The notes under the pieces: generated by a model
The model's database searches: none
Seen by the model: only the letters and a program-made list of their open reading frames with translations
Told to the model about the DNA's origin: nothing
Program-made: the position numbers and the translations under genes
Source of the DNA: Eledone cirrhosa
Lineage: Eukaryota
DNA: 64,000 nucleotides
Reading direction: 5' to 3'
Assembly: GCA_964016885.1 (NCBI GenBank)
Contig: OZ024761.1
Coordinates: forward strand, 20,956,001-21,020,000
Shown here: positions 40,405-55,923 of the stretch, in pieces
Layout: each line of letters starts with the position of its first letter
How positions within the stretch are numbered: the stretch's first letter is position 1

Positions 40405-42956
40405 TTTATTTATATACTATATTAATATATTATATTATATAGAGAGAGAGAGAGAGAGATTCACACACTGTCTGGACTATATTTCTCATCACTCGACTTA
40501 TCTCCCCCTCCCTTGTTATATCACTCCTCCCCTTCACCCAACCTTTCCTCATTTCATTCATCTGTCCCCCTCCTCCTCCTCCCTTACCAACACACTCTCT
40601 CACCTGTCTACCTTACCTTACCTGTCTATCCTTCCTTCTTCTTTCTATCCTCTCGTCACCTTACCCGCTGCCTCACCACCACCACACCACACCACAACCC
40701 ACTACACCACACCACCACACCACCACCACACCACCACCACCCACACCACCACCACCACCACTACACACCACACCACCACCACCACACCACACCACCACAC
40801 ACCACACCACCACCACCACCACCTACACACCACCACCACACAACACCACCACCACCACCACCCACCACACCAGCCACCACACCACCACCACCACCACCAC
40901 ACCACCACCTATACACACCACCCACCACACCACCACTACACACACCACCACCACCACACCACCACACCACCACACCACCACCACCACTACACACCACCAA
41001 CACCACCATCACCCCCACCACCACACCACCACCACCTACACACACCACCACACCACCACCACCACCACCCACCACCACACACCACACCACCACAGCCACC
41101 ACACCACCACCACCACACCACCACACCACCACCACATTCACACCACCACACCACCACCTCCACCACGACACCACCACCACCACCACCACCACTACACACC
41201 ACCACCACCACCACCTCTACCGTGGAATGTCAACTATGTGTTCAATGTGTGCTTGCCTGCGTATCTCTTTCTGTTATTCTACATTCATGGGAAAATTACA
41301 GGTATGACATTCCTTCTTCTGCTTCGTTCCTCTCTTTCTCTCCTCACCTTCTTCTCTCTCTCTCTTCCTTTCTCTGTCTTCTTCCTTCTTTTTCTTCTTT
41401 GTTTTATTTCTTTGTTTTCTTTCTTTCTTTCCTTTGGCTTCCCTCTTTCTCTTCTTTAATTCCTCTCTCAACCTCTCATCACATCACCTGTATATGAGGA
41501 ACAATATATATACATATATAGATATATATACATATATATATAGATATATACATACGTACGTACATATATATATATATAGATAGATTGATACATACATACA
41601 TACATACGTACGTACATATATATATATATATATATACATATATACATACATATATGTTTATATATGTTATATATATATATATACATATTTATATATTAAT
41701 ATGAATGATAATCATGGTGGGTGTGTATGAAATACATATACTACAAACATATACATATATATTTCATATACACCCACCAATATATTCATAATAATATATA
41801 TGTATGTATGTATATATATATATATATATATATGTTTACCTTTGTATTTTTAGCTGTCTTTGCATATATATATAAATATATATTTATTTATATAGTAAAT
41901 ATATATACATGTATACAAATATCTAGGTAAATATATATATGTTTGCATTTATATATACACACACATATATACACATATATACACACATAGATATATACCA
42001 CACACATATATATATATATACACATGTATACATACATATATATACACCCATATATACACCCGTATATACACACATATATACACACTGTGTAGAAAGGTTG
42101 TAGAATGTCAACAGTTGTTTTTACCTTCATAAAATATATTTCGTGTGTATATATATGTGTGTAGTGTGTATATATATATGTGTAGTGTGTATATGTATAT
42201 ATATGTGTAGTCTGTATATATATGTATAGTGTGTATATATATATATGTGTGTAGTGTGTATATATATGTGTGTAGTGTGTATATATATGGTGTGTAGTGT
42301 GTTTATATTATATATATGTGTAGTGTGTATATATATATATATGTTGTGTGTATGTATATATATGTATAGTGTGTATATGTATATATGTGTAGTGTGTATA
42401 TATATGTATATGTATATATATGTGTAGTGTGTATATATATATGTTGTAGTGTGTATACGTGTGTATATATGTGTGTTTATGAGTCTATGTTTATATATGT
42501 GTATGTCTGTGTGTTTATATATATATATATCTGTCTATATATATATGTTTATATATATCTGTGTATATATATTATGTCGGTATATATATATGTCTGTATA
42601 TATATGTCTGTATATATATGTCTGTATATATATGTCTGTATATATATATGTCTGTGTATATATATGTCTGTATATATATATCTCTGTATATATATATGTC
42701 TGTGTATATATTTTTATGTCTGTATATATATATATCTGTGTATATTTATGACTGTATATATATATATATTGTCTGTATATATATATGTCTGTATATATAT
42801 ATGTCTGTGTATATATTTTTATGTCTGTATATATATATATCTGTGTATATTTATGACTGTATATATATATATATATGTCTGTATATATATATATATATGT
42901 ATATGTCTGTATATATATATGTCTGTGTATATATATATGGCTGTATATATATATCG

Positions 42957-43013
<57 letters not shown>

Positions 43014-43354
43014 CTGTGTATATATATATATATGTGTGTATATATATTATATGTCTGTATATATATATGTCTGTATATATATATGTCTGTATATATATAT
43101 ATGTGTGTATATATGCCTGTATATATATGTGTGTATATATATATGTCTGTATATATATATATATATGTGTGTATATATATGTCTGTATATGTCAGTGTAT
43201 GTGATGTAGCCATAACAGACCAGGCCATACTGGAGCTACCTGCACCTTATTTCCTATCACTGATCAGCATTAATCAATGTTCTAACGAGGAGGAGAGAAA
43301 ATGTTATTAATGTCACTAACGAACATTCTCTTAATTATATGAATAATTAAAAAT

Positions 43355-43398
<44 letters not shown>

Positions 43399-44293
43399 AT
43401 ATATTGTTATGTATATACATATGGATATATATATGTATGTACGTATATAATATATATCCATGTTTATGTATGTATGTATGTATATGTGTGTGTATATATA
43501 TATATGTGTGTGCATGTATATATATATACATATATACACACATTTACAATATACATATATGTGTGCATGTATATATATATATATGTATATATATACACAC
43601 ACATTTACAATATACATATATGTATGTGTAATGCACATATAGTTTTGTATATATGTGTGTGTATGTGTGTATATATGTGTGTATGTATGTGTGTATATAT
43701 GCGTGTATGTATGTGTATATATGCGTGTATGTATGTGTATATATGCGTGTATGTATGTGTGTATATATGTGTGTATGTGTGTGTATGTATGTATGTGTGT
43801 ATATATGTGTGTATGTGTGTATATATGCGTGTATGTATGTGTGTGTATATGTGTGTGATGTGTATATATGTGTATGCATGTGTGTATATATGTTTGTGTA
43901 TGTGTGTATATATATGTGTGTGTATGTGTGTATATGTGTGTGTGTGGGTGTGTGTGTGTGTGTGTGTATATATATGTGTGAGTATGTGTGTATGAATGTG
44001 TGTATATATGTATGTGTATGTGTGTATATATGTGTGTGTATGTGTGTATATATGTGTATGCATGTAATATATGTATGTGCGTATATATGTGTATGCGTGT
44101 ATATATGTATGTGTGTATGTATGTGTGTATATATGTGTGTATATATGTGTGTATGTATGTGTGTATGTATATGTGTGTATACATATATGTGTATATATAT
44201 GTGTGTGTGACCTCACTACACTCAGACCATGACGACCCAACGAAACTATGACAGCATACAAAGCAGTCTGATATAATAGCAATGATGATGATG

Positions 44294-44324
<31 letters not shown>

Positions 44325-44406
44325 AGATATATATATACACATTAGATAGATAGATTGTGTGCATATATATATATATATATAATTATATATATATATATAT
44401 ATATAT

Positions 44407-44455
<49 letters not shown>

Positions 44456-44474
44456 TATATATATATATATTCTG

Positions 44475-44611
44475 AGTCCAGAATTAGCCGTCGAAACGGC
44501 TTGAGCTCAGCTGTCGGGGTCTTACTGGTTCCTATTACCCACTCTACTACTTCAAGTATTGAGTACTTTGGTGCGTTATGGTCCACCTGGTTCCTTACCA
44601 CATTTCCTTCG

Positions 44612-44614
<3 letters not shown>
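44475..44614 (+). mobile_element. Family C TA-embedded repeat, unrearranged copy
   Basis: gagtccagaattagccgtcgaaacggcttgagctcag...ccacatttccttcgtt, flanked by (TA)n on both sides. Confidence 0.75.
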
Positions 44615-44651
<37 letters not shown>

Positions 44652-44747
44652 TATATATACAACATATATATACAATATATATACACATGTATATATATTG
44701 TACACACACAACATGTATATAAAATCGTTACATATATATATTATATT

Positions 44748-44795
<48 letters not shown>

Positions 44796-44838
44796 TTATA
44801 TATATATGTAACATAATTATATATACATGTGTGTGTGC

Positions 44839-44897
<59 letters not shown>

Positions 44898-45002
44898 TAT
44901 ACAGTTCTCCTCATATAAATATTTTTACACATACAATTTCCATAATTAATTGCATTCATTCCACTGATCTAATTAATTTTCTCGTTTGGCTCGTCTCAGC
45001 CT

Positions 45003-45040
45003 TTCTTCTTCTTCTTCTTCTTCTTCTTCTTCTTCTTCTT

Positions 45041-45073
<33 letters not shown>

Positions 45074-45193
45074 CTTCTTCTTTTTCTTTTTCTTCTTACT
45101 CTTCTTCTTCTTCTTCTTCTTACTCTTCTTCTTCTTCTTCTTCTTCTTACTCTTCTTCTTACTCTTCTTCTTTTTCTTTTTCTTCTTACTCTT

Positions 45194-45226
<33 letters not shown>

Positions 45227-45380
45227 CTTCTTTTTCTTTTTCTTCTTCTTCTTCCTCTTCCTCTTCCTCCTCTTCTTCTTCTTCTTCTTCTTACTCTTCT
45301 TTTTCTTTTTCTTCTCCTTCCTCTTCTTCTTCTTCTTACTCTTCTTCTTTTTCTTCCTCTTCTTCTTCTCCTCTTCTTCT

Positions 45381-45410
<30 letters not shown>
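45003..45410. repeat. (TCT)n pyrimidine microsatellite
   Basis: Direct reading. Confidence 0.95.
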
Positions 45411-45411
<1 letters not shown>

Positions 45412-45710
45412 AGCTTTTTGTTGTTTTTTACTTGAGTGTATTCCCTTGTTGCTGCTGCTGCTGCTGCTCTCCTCTCCAGTCCACAATTACCTCTAGTATG
45501 CTATTTCGAAATGTCTAACTGACATTTCTATATTCCAATCTATCCTGCTACTATTGCTGTGAAGGTCCGTAGCTTCATAGTTGAGGTTGTTTGGCTCACG
45601 ACCTTATCGTTGGGAGTTCGATTCCCAGGCCGGACTCTCCCTTGTACAAAACACTTTATTTCGTGGTGCTCCTCTCAGTTGACCAGCTAACAATATATGT
45701 TCATGTTAAT

Positions 45711-47718
45711 CACCACCACCACCACCACCACCACCACCACCATCATCACCACCACCACCACACACCACCACCACCACCACCACCATCACCACCACCGCCA
45801 CCGCCACCATCACCACCACCACCACCACCACCACCATCATCACCACCACCACCACCACCACCACCACACACCACCACCACCACCACCACCACCACCATCA
45901 CCACCACCACCACCGCCACCACCACCACCACCACCACCACCACCACCGCCACCACCACCACCACCACCACCATCACCACCACCACCACCACCACCATCAT
46001 CACCACCACCACCACCACCACACCACCACCACCACCACCACCACCATCACCACCACCACCACCACCACCACCACCACCACCACCACCATCACCACCACCA
46101 CCACCACCACCACCACCACCACCACACACCACCACCACCACCATCACCACCACCACCACCATCACCACCACCACCACCACCACCGCCACCACCACCACCA
46201 CCACCACCACCACCACCACCATCACCACCACCACCACCACCACCATCACCACCACCACCACCACCACCACCACCACCACCACCACCACCACCACCACCAT
46301 CACCACCACCACCACCACCACCACCACCACCACCACCACCACCACCACCATCACCACCACCACCACCACCACCACCACCATCACCACCACCACCACCACC
46401 ACCACCACCACCACCACCACCACCACCATCACCACCACCACCACCACCACCACCACCACCACACACCACCACCACCACCATCACCACCACCACCACCATC
46501 ACCACCACCACCACCACCACCGCCACCACCACCACCACCACCACCACCACCACCACCACCATCACCACCACCACCACCACCACCATCACCACCACCACCA
46601 CCACCACCACCACCACCACCACCACCACCACCACCACCACCACCACCACCACCACCATCACCACCACCACCACCACCACCATCACCACCATCACCACCAC
46701 CACCACCACCACCATCACCACCACCACCACCACCACCACCACCACCACCACCGCCGCCACCACCACCACCACCACCATCACCACCACCACCACCACCACC
46801 ATCATCACCACCACCACCACCACCACCACACCACCACCACCACCACCACCACCACACACCACCACCACCACCATCACCACCACCACCACCATCACCACCA
46901 CCACCACCACCACCACCACCACCACCACCACCACCACCACCACCACCATCACCACCACCACCACCACCACCATCACCACCACCACCACCACCATCACCAC
47001 CACCACCACCACCACACACCACCACCACCACCACTACACACCACCACCACCACCACCATCACCACCACCACCACCACCACCATCACCACCACCACCACCA
47101 CCATCACCACCACCACCACACACCACCACCACCACCACTACACACCACCACCACCACCATCACCACCACCATCACCACCACCACCACCACCACCACCACC
47201 ATCACCACCACCACCACCACCATCACCACCACCACCACCACCACACACCACCACCACCACCACTACACACCACCATCACTACACACCACCACCACCACCA
47301 CCACCACCACCACCACCATCATCATCACCACCACCACCACCACCACCACCATCACCATCATCAGCACCATCACCATCACCACCATCATCACCATCACCAC
47401 CATCATCACCATCACCATCATCATCATCACCATCACCACCACCACCACCACCACCACCATCACCATCACCACCATCATCACCACCACCATCATCACCACC
47501 ACCATCATCACCACCATCACCACCATCATCATCATCACCATCACCACCACCACCACCACCATCACCACCATCATCATCACCACCATCATCATCACCATCA
47601 CCACTATCACCACCATCACCACCATCATCACCATCACCACCATCACCATCATCATCATCACCATCACCTCCACCATCACCACCATCCCCATCACCACCAC
47701 CACCATCATCATCATCAT
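45711..47718. repeat. 2-kb (CAC)n grading into (CAC/CAT)n microsatellite
   Basis: Direct reading; source of the 814-aa and 677-aa artefact ORFs. Confidence 0.95.
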
Positions 47719-47826
47719 TTAACCCTTTAGTATTTAAACCGGCCCTATCCAGCCAGAATTCTCTCACATCTTTCTGTGGAGAGAGAAGTGCTGCCCCCTC
47801 CCCTTCCCCAGTATATAAGGGGTTAA
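47719..47826. mobile_element. Short TTAA-flanked MITE derivative
   Basis: ttaaccctttagtatttaaaccggcc...agaattctctcac...aggggttaa; the left part matches the 17429-17460 and 62950-62998 family. Confidence 0.55.
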
Positions 47827-48537
47827 CTGTGGTGAGAATGGCCCCTGAGGACCTACTCTGGTCATACACTGTAGACTGGTTAAATAAAACCATTGGAGGA
47901 GGGCAAGCCCCATTCCCTCTCGACAACATCACCTCCCTTTCATGTAGAAGCTGTGGTGCTCAAGTTAAAGCAAATATCTCTGGGGGGGTTTTGTGGGTCG
48001 GGGTTGGTGTTTTTTTTTTGGGGGGGGGGGGGTGAGTTTAGAGTTGGGGTTGGTCTTTGGGGGTCTTTGGGGATTTGGGGGTGGGTTTTTTGTTTGGGTT
48101 GAGGTTTTGGCGTTATTTTGTTTTTTTAAGGGTTTTGGGTTTTATGTTTGGGGTTAGGGTTAGGGTTTTTGACATTCTGTTGACCTAACAGGAATCATTT
48201 CAACAGCAAAGTGGTTTTTAGGACAGAGGAAGGAAGTAAGATACGCAGTAAATAAATAGAATTAACAAATAAAGAAACAGATAAATAGGATAATATATAT
48301 AATAAATATATATTTATATATATATATATATATATATATGACATGTATATATATATATATATATGCACATATATATATGACATGTATATATATATATATA
48401 TAAATATATATATGCACATATATATATGACATGTATATATATATATATGTGTGTGTCTGTATATATATTGAATATAATATTATATATATATATGTGTGTG
48501 TATATATATATGTATATATATATATGTATATATATAC

Positions 48538-48569
<32 letters not shown>

Positions 48570-48706
48570 GTATATATATATGTATATATATATATATATG
48601 TATATATATATGTGTGTGTATATATATATATATATGTATATATATATGTGTGTATATATATATGTATATATATGTGTGTATATATATATATATATGTATA
48701 TATATG

Positions 48707-48751
<45 letters not shown>

Positions 48752-48947
48752 GTGTGTATATATATATGTATATATATATGTGTGTATAATATATAATAAA
48801 ATGAGTAACTGGTGTCTAAAAAGCAGGAAATTGCTTGGTAAAAACTAAATTGATATTGGAGGAAGAGTTTGTTGTTTATGTCATTTATTGTTATGGGAGA
48901 GAGATTGGTGGGGTGTAGCATAATGTAGGTGTGGGGGGGAGACCACC

Positions 48948-48981
<34 letters not shown>

Positions 48982-49220
48982 CCTTCACCACTACCATCAC
49001 CCTCACCAACACCACCACCACCATCATCATCATCACCTTCACCACTACCACCACCACCAACACCACCATCATCATCATCATCACCTTCACCACCACCACC
49101 AACACCACCACCACCACCACCACCACCATCATCATCATCATCCTCACCACTACCACCACCACTACCACCACCACCACCACCATCATCATCATCATCCTCA
49201 CCACTACCACCACCACTACC

Positions 49221-49253
<33 letters not shown>

Positions 49254-49674
49254 GTTGTTTAATGTCTCTATTTTCCATGCTTGCATGGTTTTGGAAGTTA
49301 GACAAGTCTGGTGACCACACCTCGGCTCTACGTGTTGGGCTTGGTTTTCTACAGCTGGGGCCCTTACTTCCTACTGCCAACCACCTTACACTGATAGGGT
49401 ACACCTCTTGTCATGTCACCAGCACCTTATATGCACCTTATATATATATCATCATCATCATCATCATTTTACGTCCGCTTTTCCCTGCTTGCAAGGGTGG
49501 GACGGGAACTGGTTCTGGCTTGATTTCTACAGCTGGATGCCCTTCCTAACACCAACCTCAGTTACAGTGAGTGCTGGGTAATTGTCGACAACAGATGCAC
49601 ACTTTAGTGTGCGTCTGTTAGTGCATGTGTGTGTGTCCCTGCGTGTATTAGTAGTGTGTGTTCATGTGTGTTAG

Positions 49675-49708
<34 letters not shown>

Positions 49709-50300
49709 GTAGTGTGTGTTCATGTGTGTTAGTGTGTGTGTGTGTGTGTTAGTGTATGTGTGTGCGTGTGTCCCTGCGTGTGTTAGTAGTGTGTGTTTGT
49801 GTGTTTGTGTGTTAGTGTATGTGTGTGTTAGTGCATGTGAGTGTATCTGTGTGTTTGCATGTGATAGTGCATGTGTGTGGTCAGTGTGTGTGTATGTATG
49901 TGGCCATATGTGTTGATGTGTGTGTGCCCATGTATTAGTATGTGTGTGTCCAGTGTAAGTTAGTGTATGTGTATGTCAGTAAGTAGCTGCTATTTCTAGC
50001 AGGTCAGACCACACCCTAGTGTCCCCCTCTCTCACGTCAGCTTGTCCTACAGGTTTGTTTATTCCATAGATATATCACCATGGTGATACAGCACTCTACC
50101 TCCGTTACCATGGCTATCGAACAGGTGATAATTGCATTTAATATCTCCACCACTGCATTTCACTTTCTTTTATTTTATTTATTTAACCAGCATTTCATTG
50201 TTGTTGTTGTTGGTGTTGTTGTTGTTGTTGGTGTTGTTTCTTCTTCTTTTCTTCTTCTTCTTTAGTGATTTAAAAGTATTTGCCTGTCTGCCTGTCTGCC

Positions 50301-50339
<39 letters not shown>

Positions 50340-51373
50340 ATATGTATGTCTATGTGTCTAAGTGTGTGTATGTAAGGGGTGTAGTGTAGGAATCGAACTC
50401 CCAACCGTAAGGTCACCATCCTGACCACCTCACTACTACTCAGGTATCCAAACATAACTTCCTGTCCATCTCAGAATATTCTTGTGCACCCCACCCCCCA
50501 CCCCTCATCTCACCCCTCGGCAGCACCTGTTCCCATAAACCAGCCCCACTTTTCTAATATCTGAAGATATATATCCCTTCCCCAGGAGCTCCTGGTCCAG
50601 TGAAGAAACTCCTACTTTCAACATGGAAACATTAATTAAAATTAATTGTCTTCTTCTCTCTGGCTTCTTAATTAATCCAGTTAATTAATTCTGGTTTTAG
50701 TTTATTTGCTGTTGTTGTAGTGGTGGTGGTGGTAGTGGTGCTGTTGTAGTGGTGGTGGTTGTGGTGATGGTGGTGATGGTATTGCTGTTGTTGTAGTGGT
50801 GGTGGTGGTGGTGGTAGTGGTGCTGTTGTAGTGGTGGTGGTGGTGGTGGTAGTGGTGCTGTTGTAGTGGTGGTGGTGGTGGTGGTGGTGGTGATGGTATT
50901 GCTGTTGTTGTTGTGGTGGTGGTGCTGTTGTGGTGGTGGTGGTGGTGGTGATGGTGGTGGTGGTGGTGATGGTGGTGATGGTATTGCTGTTGTTGTTGTA
51001 GTGGTGGTGGTGGTGCTGTTGTTGTAGTGGTGGTGGTGGTGCTATACTCGGAGCATGGATGTCCTTAACACAAACCACTTTACAGACTGTACTGGGGTAT
51101 GGATGTCCTTAACACCAGAGAACATAATGAGGGGAAATAGCTCCTATGACAAGCAGTGAAATTGTACCCCTACCCAGCACTGTATGTTTACCTATGGAGG
51201 TCTAATAATTTATATAAATGGTTTAATGATCCAGCCACCATAGTGTTCTCACCCATGATAGAGACAGATCATACATCTGAAGGAGTTTCTTTATTCACTC
51301 TCCTACGAGGCTTATTTGACTTTAATAGAACCTGTTCCTAGTCCAAGTGGCGCCCCCTTCATGTGGCCTCTGC

Positions 51374-52267
51374 TTAACACCAACCACTTTACAGAGTGTA
51401 CTGGGAGCATGGTCTCTACAGCTGGATGTCCTTCTTAACACCAACCACTTTACAGAGTGTACTGGGAGCATGGTCTCTACAGCTAGATGTCCCTAACAGC
51501 AACCACATTACAGAGTGTACTGGGAGTATGGTCTCTACAGCTAGATGTCCCTAACACCAACCACATTACAGAGTGTACTGGGAGTATGGTCTCTACAGCT
51601 AGATGTCCCTAACACCAACCACATTACAGAGTGTACTGGGAGTATGGTCTCTATAGCTAGATGTCCCTAACACCAACCACATTACAGAGTGTACTGGGAG
51701 TATGGTCTCTACAGCTAGATGTCCCTAACACCAACCACATTACAGAGTGTACTGGGAGTATGGTCTCTATAGCTAGATGTCCCTAACACCAACCACATTG
51801 CAGAGTGTACTGGGAGCATGGTCTCTATAGCTAGATGTCCCTAACACCAACCACATTGCAGAGTGTACTGGGAGTATGGTCTCTATAGCTAGATGTCCCT
51901 AACACCAACCACATTACAGAGTGTACTGGGAGTATGGTCTCTATAGCTAGATGTCCCTAACACCAACCACATTACAGAGTGTACTGGGAGTATGGTCTCT
52001 ACAGCTAGATCTCCCTAACACCAACCACATTGCAGAGTGTACTGGGAGCATGGTCTCTATAGCTAGATGTCCCTAACACCAACCACATTACAGAGTGTAC
52101 TGGGAGCATGGTCTCTATAGCTAGATGTCCCTAACACCAACCACATTACAGAGTGTACTGGGAGCATGGTCTCTACAGCTAGATCTCCCTAACACCAACC
52201 ACATTGCAGAGTGTACTGGGAGCATGGTCTCTACAGCTAGATCTCCCTAACACCAACCACATTGCAG
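51374..52267. repeat. 58-bp minisatellite (about 15 copies) derived from the RTE/SINE tail
   Basis: Unit cctaacaccaaccacattacagagtgtactgggagtatggtctctayagctagatgtc resembles tctacagctggatgcccttcctaacaccaaccacatttacag of the tail family. Confidence 0.9.
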
Positions 52268-52500
52268 CTACACTTGGAAGTATTTTATCTACCTGTTAGC
52301 TTACATAAAAGTACTTACAGTTCTTGGACAGTTTGTAAGTTATTTCCATTAGTCAATGGTCAACTCGGTTTGGGGGGGATTATTTCTAGAGTGTAGAAAA
52401 GTAAAACAAGAAAAAAACCACCAACAAAACTCTAAGAGAAACAACCGAACAAAACCAGTCATTGTGCAATCATATATATATATATGTATGTATGTATATG

Positions 52501-52536
<36 letters not shown>

Positions 52537-53542
52537 TATATGGTGTCCAGCTGTCAAACAGATGTGTGCATATCTCACCGTAGATAGCTTTACTGTAGTT
52601 TCACTACAGTTTCTACCTCTATCTCTACTATTTACTGTTGACTTAAGGTTTAACTTGTACATTTGTAAAGTCCACAACTTACTTCCTTCTGTACCAGCTG
52701 AAAGCTGGGCAAATGTTGACATGGCAGTCCTGGTCACTAACGGTCTTTTTTGGGTGGTTGTGGTGGGGGGTGGGGTGATGGTGGGAATGGTGGTGGTTGT
52801 AGTAGTGGTGGTGGTGGTGATGGTGGTTTTTCCCCCTTTTATTTTTTTAATTTTTAACTCTTTTTCTGTTTTTAGTTTTGTTTTTTGATGTTTTTTTTTT
52901 CCTTTTTAGATTTGTTTTGTTTCTTGTTGTTGTTGTCCTATCCTCAAGCTAGCCTCTCTCTCTACGGCAATGTCCACCTCAAGCTAGCCTCTCTCTCTCC
53001 GGCAATGTCCCCTAATGTAATGACTGATAAAAGAGTCTCGTTAAAAAGGTTTACACTCCAGATGTTTATGTATCTATATTTGCTCACTTCACAATCTTCT
53101 CTGCCATTTAATATTAATAATGGATTGTCAGTATCGGTAGAGGGTCGGACGCCATGCTTTGCAGCATAGAGTTACGGCCCTTTATGGTCTGAGTTCAAAT
53201 CCCGCCAAGGTTAACTTTGCCTTTCATCCTTACGGGGTCAATGAAATAAATTACCAGTCATGCACTGGGGTTGATTTAATCAATTACCCCCTCCCCCATA
53301 ATTGTTGGCCTTGTGCCTATATAAAAAACTATTATTATTATTATATTTTATTTTTGGGGAGGGGTTGGGTGTGGGTCCATTTTATTTGTCTCTGTATTAT
53401 TAGTTCGATATGGCAGTATTATTTACCATGGCTACTTTCATAGCATGAAACTTTTATTAGTTAAACCTGAAACTTTTTTCTGTTCCTGAAAGTCAATCAA
53501 TCTTCCTACGTGACACTTTTGTGAAGAATTAATCATTGTGTG

Positions 53543-55480
53543 ACCATATTTCTAATGAAAGACACTGTCTATGTCATTAACCCTTCCATTACCATATTTC
53601 TAATGAAAGACACTGTCTATGTCATTAACCCTTTCATTACCATATTTCTAATGAAAGACACTGTCTATGTCATTAACCCTTCCATTACCATATTTCTAAT
53701 GAAAGACACTGTCTATGTCATTAACCCTTTCATTACCATATTTCTAATGAAAGACACTGTCTATGTCATTAACCCTTTCATTACCATATTTCTAATGAAA
53801 GACACTGTCTATGTCATTAACCCTTCCATTACCATATTTCTAATGAAAGACAGTCTACGTCATTAACCCTTCCATTACCATATTTCTAATGAAAGACACT
53901 GTCTATGTCATTAACCCTTTCATTACCATATTTCTAATGAAAGACACTGTCTATGTCATTAACCCTTCCATTACCATATTTATAATGAAAGACACTGTCT
54001 ATGTCATTAACCCTTTCATTACTATATTTCTAATGAAAGACACTGTCTATGTCTTTAACCCTTTCATTACCATATTTCTAATGAAAGACACTGTCTATGT
54101 CATTAACCCTTCCATTACCATATTTCTAATGAAAGACACTGTCTATGTCATTAACCCTTCCATTACCATATTTCTAATGAAAGACAGTCTACGTCATTAA
54201 CCCTTCCATTACCATATTTCTAATGAAAGACACTACCTATGTCATTAACCCTTTCATTACCATATTTCTAATGAAAGACACTGTCTATGTCATTAACCCT
54301 TCCATTACCATATTTCTAATGAAAGACACTGTCTATGTCATTAACCCTTTCATTACCATATTTCTAATGAAAGACACTGTCTATGTCATTAACCCTTTCA
54401 TTACCTATATTTCTAATGAAAGACACTGTCTATGTCATTAACCCTTCCATTACCATATTTCTAATGAAAGACAGTCTACGTCATTAACCCTTCCATTACC
54501 ATATTTCTAATGAAGACACTGTCTATGTCATTAACCCTTTCATTACCATATTTCTAATGAAAGACACTGTCTATGTCATTAACCCTTCCATTACCATATT
54601 TCTAATGAAAGACACTGTCTATGTCATTAACCCTTCCATTACCATATTTCTAATGAAAGACACTGTCTATGTCATTAACCCTTTCATTACCATATTTCTA
54701 ATGAAAGACACTGTCTATGTCATTAACCCTTCCATTACCATATTTCTAATGAAAGACACTGTCTATGTCATTAACCCTTCCATTACCATATTTCTAATGA
54801 AAGACACTGTCTATATCATTAACCCTTTCATTACCATATTTCTAATGAAAGACACTGTCTATGTCATTAACCCTTTCATTACCATATTTCTAATGAAAGA
54901 CACTGTCTATGTCATTAACCCTTTCATTACCATATTGCTAATGAAAGACACTGTCTATGTCATTAACCCTTTCATTAGCATATTTCTAATGAAAGACACT
55001 GTCTATGTCATTAACCCTTTCATTAGCATATTTCTAATGAAAGACACTGTCTATGTCATTAACCCTTTCATTACCATATTGCTAATGAAAGACAGTCTAT
55101 GTCATTAACCCTTTCATTACCATATTGCTAATGAAAGACACTGTCTATGTCATTAACCCTTTCATTACCATATTTCTAATGAAAGACACTGTCTATGTCA
55201 TTAACCCTTCCATTACCATATTTCTAATGAAAGACACTGTCTATGTCATTAACCCTTTCATTACCATATTTCTAATGAAAGACACTACCTATGTCATTAA
55301 CCCTTTCATTACTATATTTCTAATGAAAGACACTGTCTATGTCATTAACCCTTTCATTAGCATATTTCTAATGAAAGACACTGTCTATGTCATTAACCCT
55401 TTCATTACCATATTTCTAATGAAAGACACTACCTATGTCATTAACCCTTTCATTACCATATTTCTAATGAAAGATACCAT
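53543..55480. repeat. 48-bp minisatellite (about 40 copies), each unit containing a TTAACCCTT MITE-type terminus
   Basis: Unit accatatttctaatgaaagacactgtctatgtcattaacccttycatt; period 48. Confidence 0.92.
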
Positions 55481-55483
55481 ATT

Positions 55484-55544
55484 TATTTTATTATACGTAT
55501 TTTGAGGGTACTAATATTTAAGTACGCTTTCATCAGATAAAATA
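55484..55544 (-). ncRNA. Hammerhead motif, TATTTT family, G12A mutated (probably inactive)
   Basis: Minus: TATTTTAT CTGATGA AAGCGTACT..AGTACCCTC AAA ATACGTAT A ATAAAATA. Stem III remains palindromic. Confidence 0.55.
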
Positions 55545-55800
55545 CATTAATTGGTGTAAAGATAGTGACATATCTTGATATACGTTCAGTGAGGATAGTT
55601 TGATATTAATGATACTCCGGATAAAAACTGTTGAGTGCTTCTAATCTGTTGTAAAATTAACTTTGTTGAATAATCAACAAACCAATTAACTCATTGTATA
55701 TATAAATATATATATATATATAGTAATAATAATAAATTTGAAGACTAAAATCCAAAAAGGATAAATATATATCAAATATATAAGAACCATAGAGCAAATA

Positions 55801-55849
55801 TTTCAGAAGATCCCGTTAAGGGTGAAAGCAACGATTCTTTGCTTAAACT
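55801..55849 (+). ncRNA. Second copy of the CAGAAGA variant hammerhead
   Basis: TTT CAGAAGA T CCC-GTTAA-GGG T GAA AGC-11nt-GCT T AAA; homologous to 18232-18282. Confidence 0.5.
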
Positions 55850-55923
55850 TTCATCTGTTATTTAATAAATATATATATATACAATATATTAATAAATGGA
55901 AACTATATTTATAAAACCATATT

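Noticed and set aside
41227-41301. Alternative first exon MSTMCSMC...GKLQ|gtatga
   Set aside because: Only a donor-like site; it is preceded by a CA-rich repeat, with no acceptor or promoter evidence.
44956-45486. Protamine-like Arg-rich ORF
   Set aside because: Reverse translation of the (TCT)n microsatellite.
45591-48035. 814-aa and 677-aa Pro/Thr/His-rich ORFs (extensin or mucin-like)
   Set aside because: Pure (CAC)n microsatellite, open in several frames and on both strands.
48151-48167. Telomeric TTAGGG repeat
   Set aside because: Only about 2.5 units in G/T-rich low-complexity sequence.
53540-55505. MKDTVYVINPFITIFL repeat ORFs
   Set aside because: Minisatellite with frameshifting indels.
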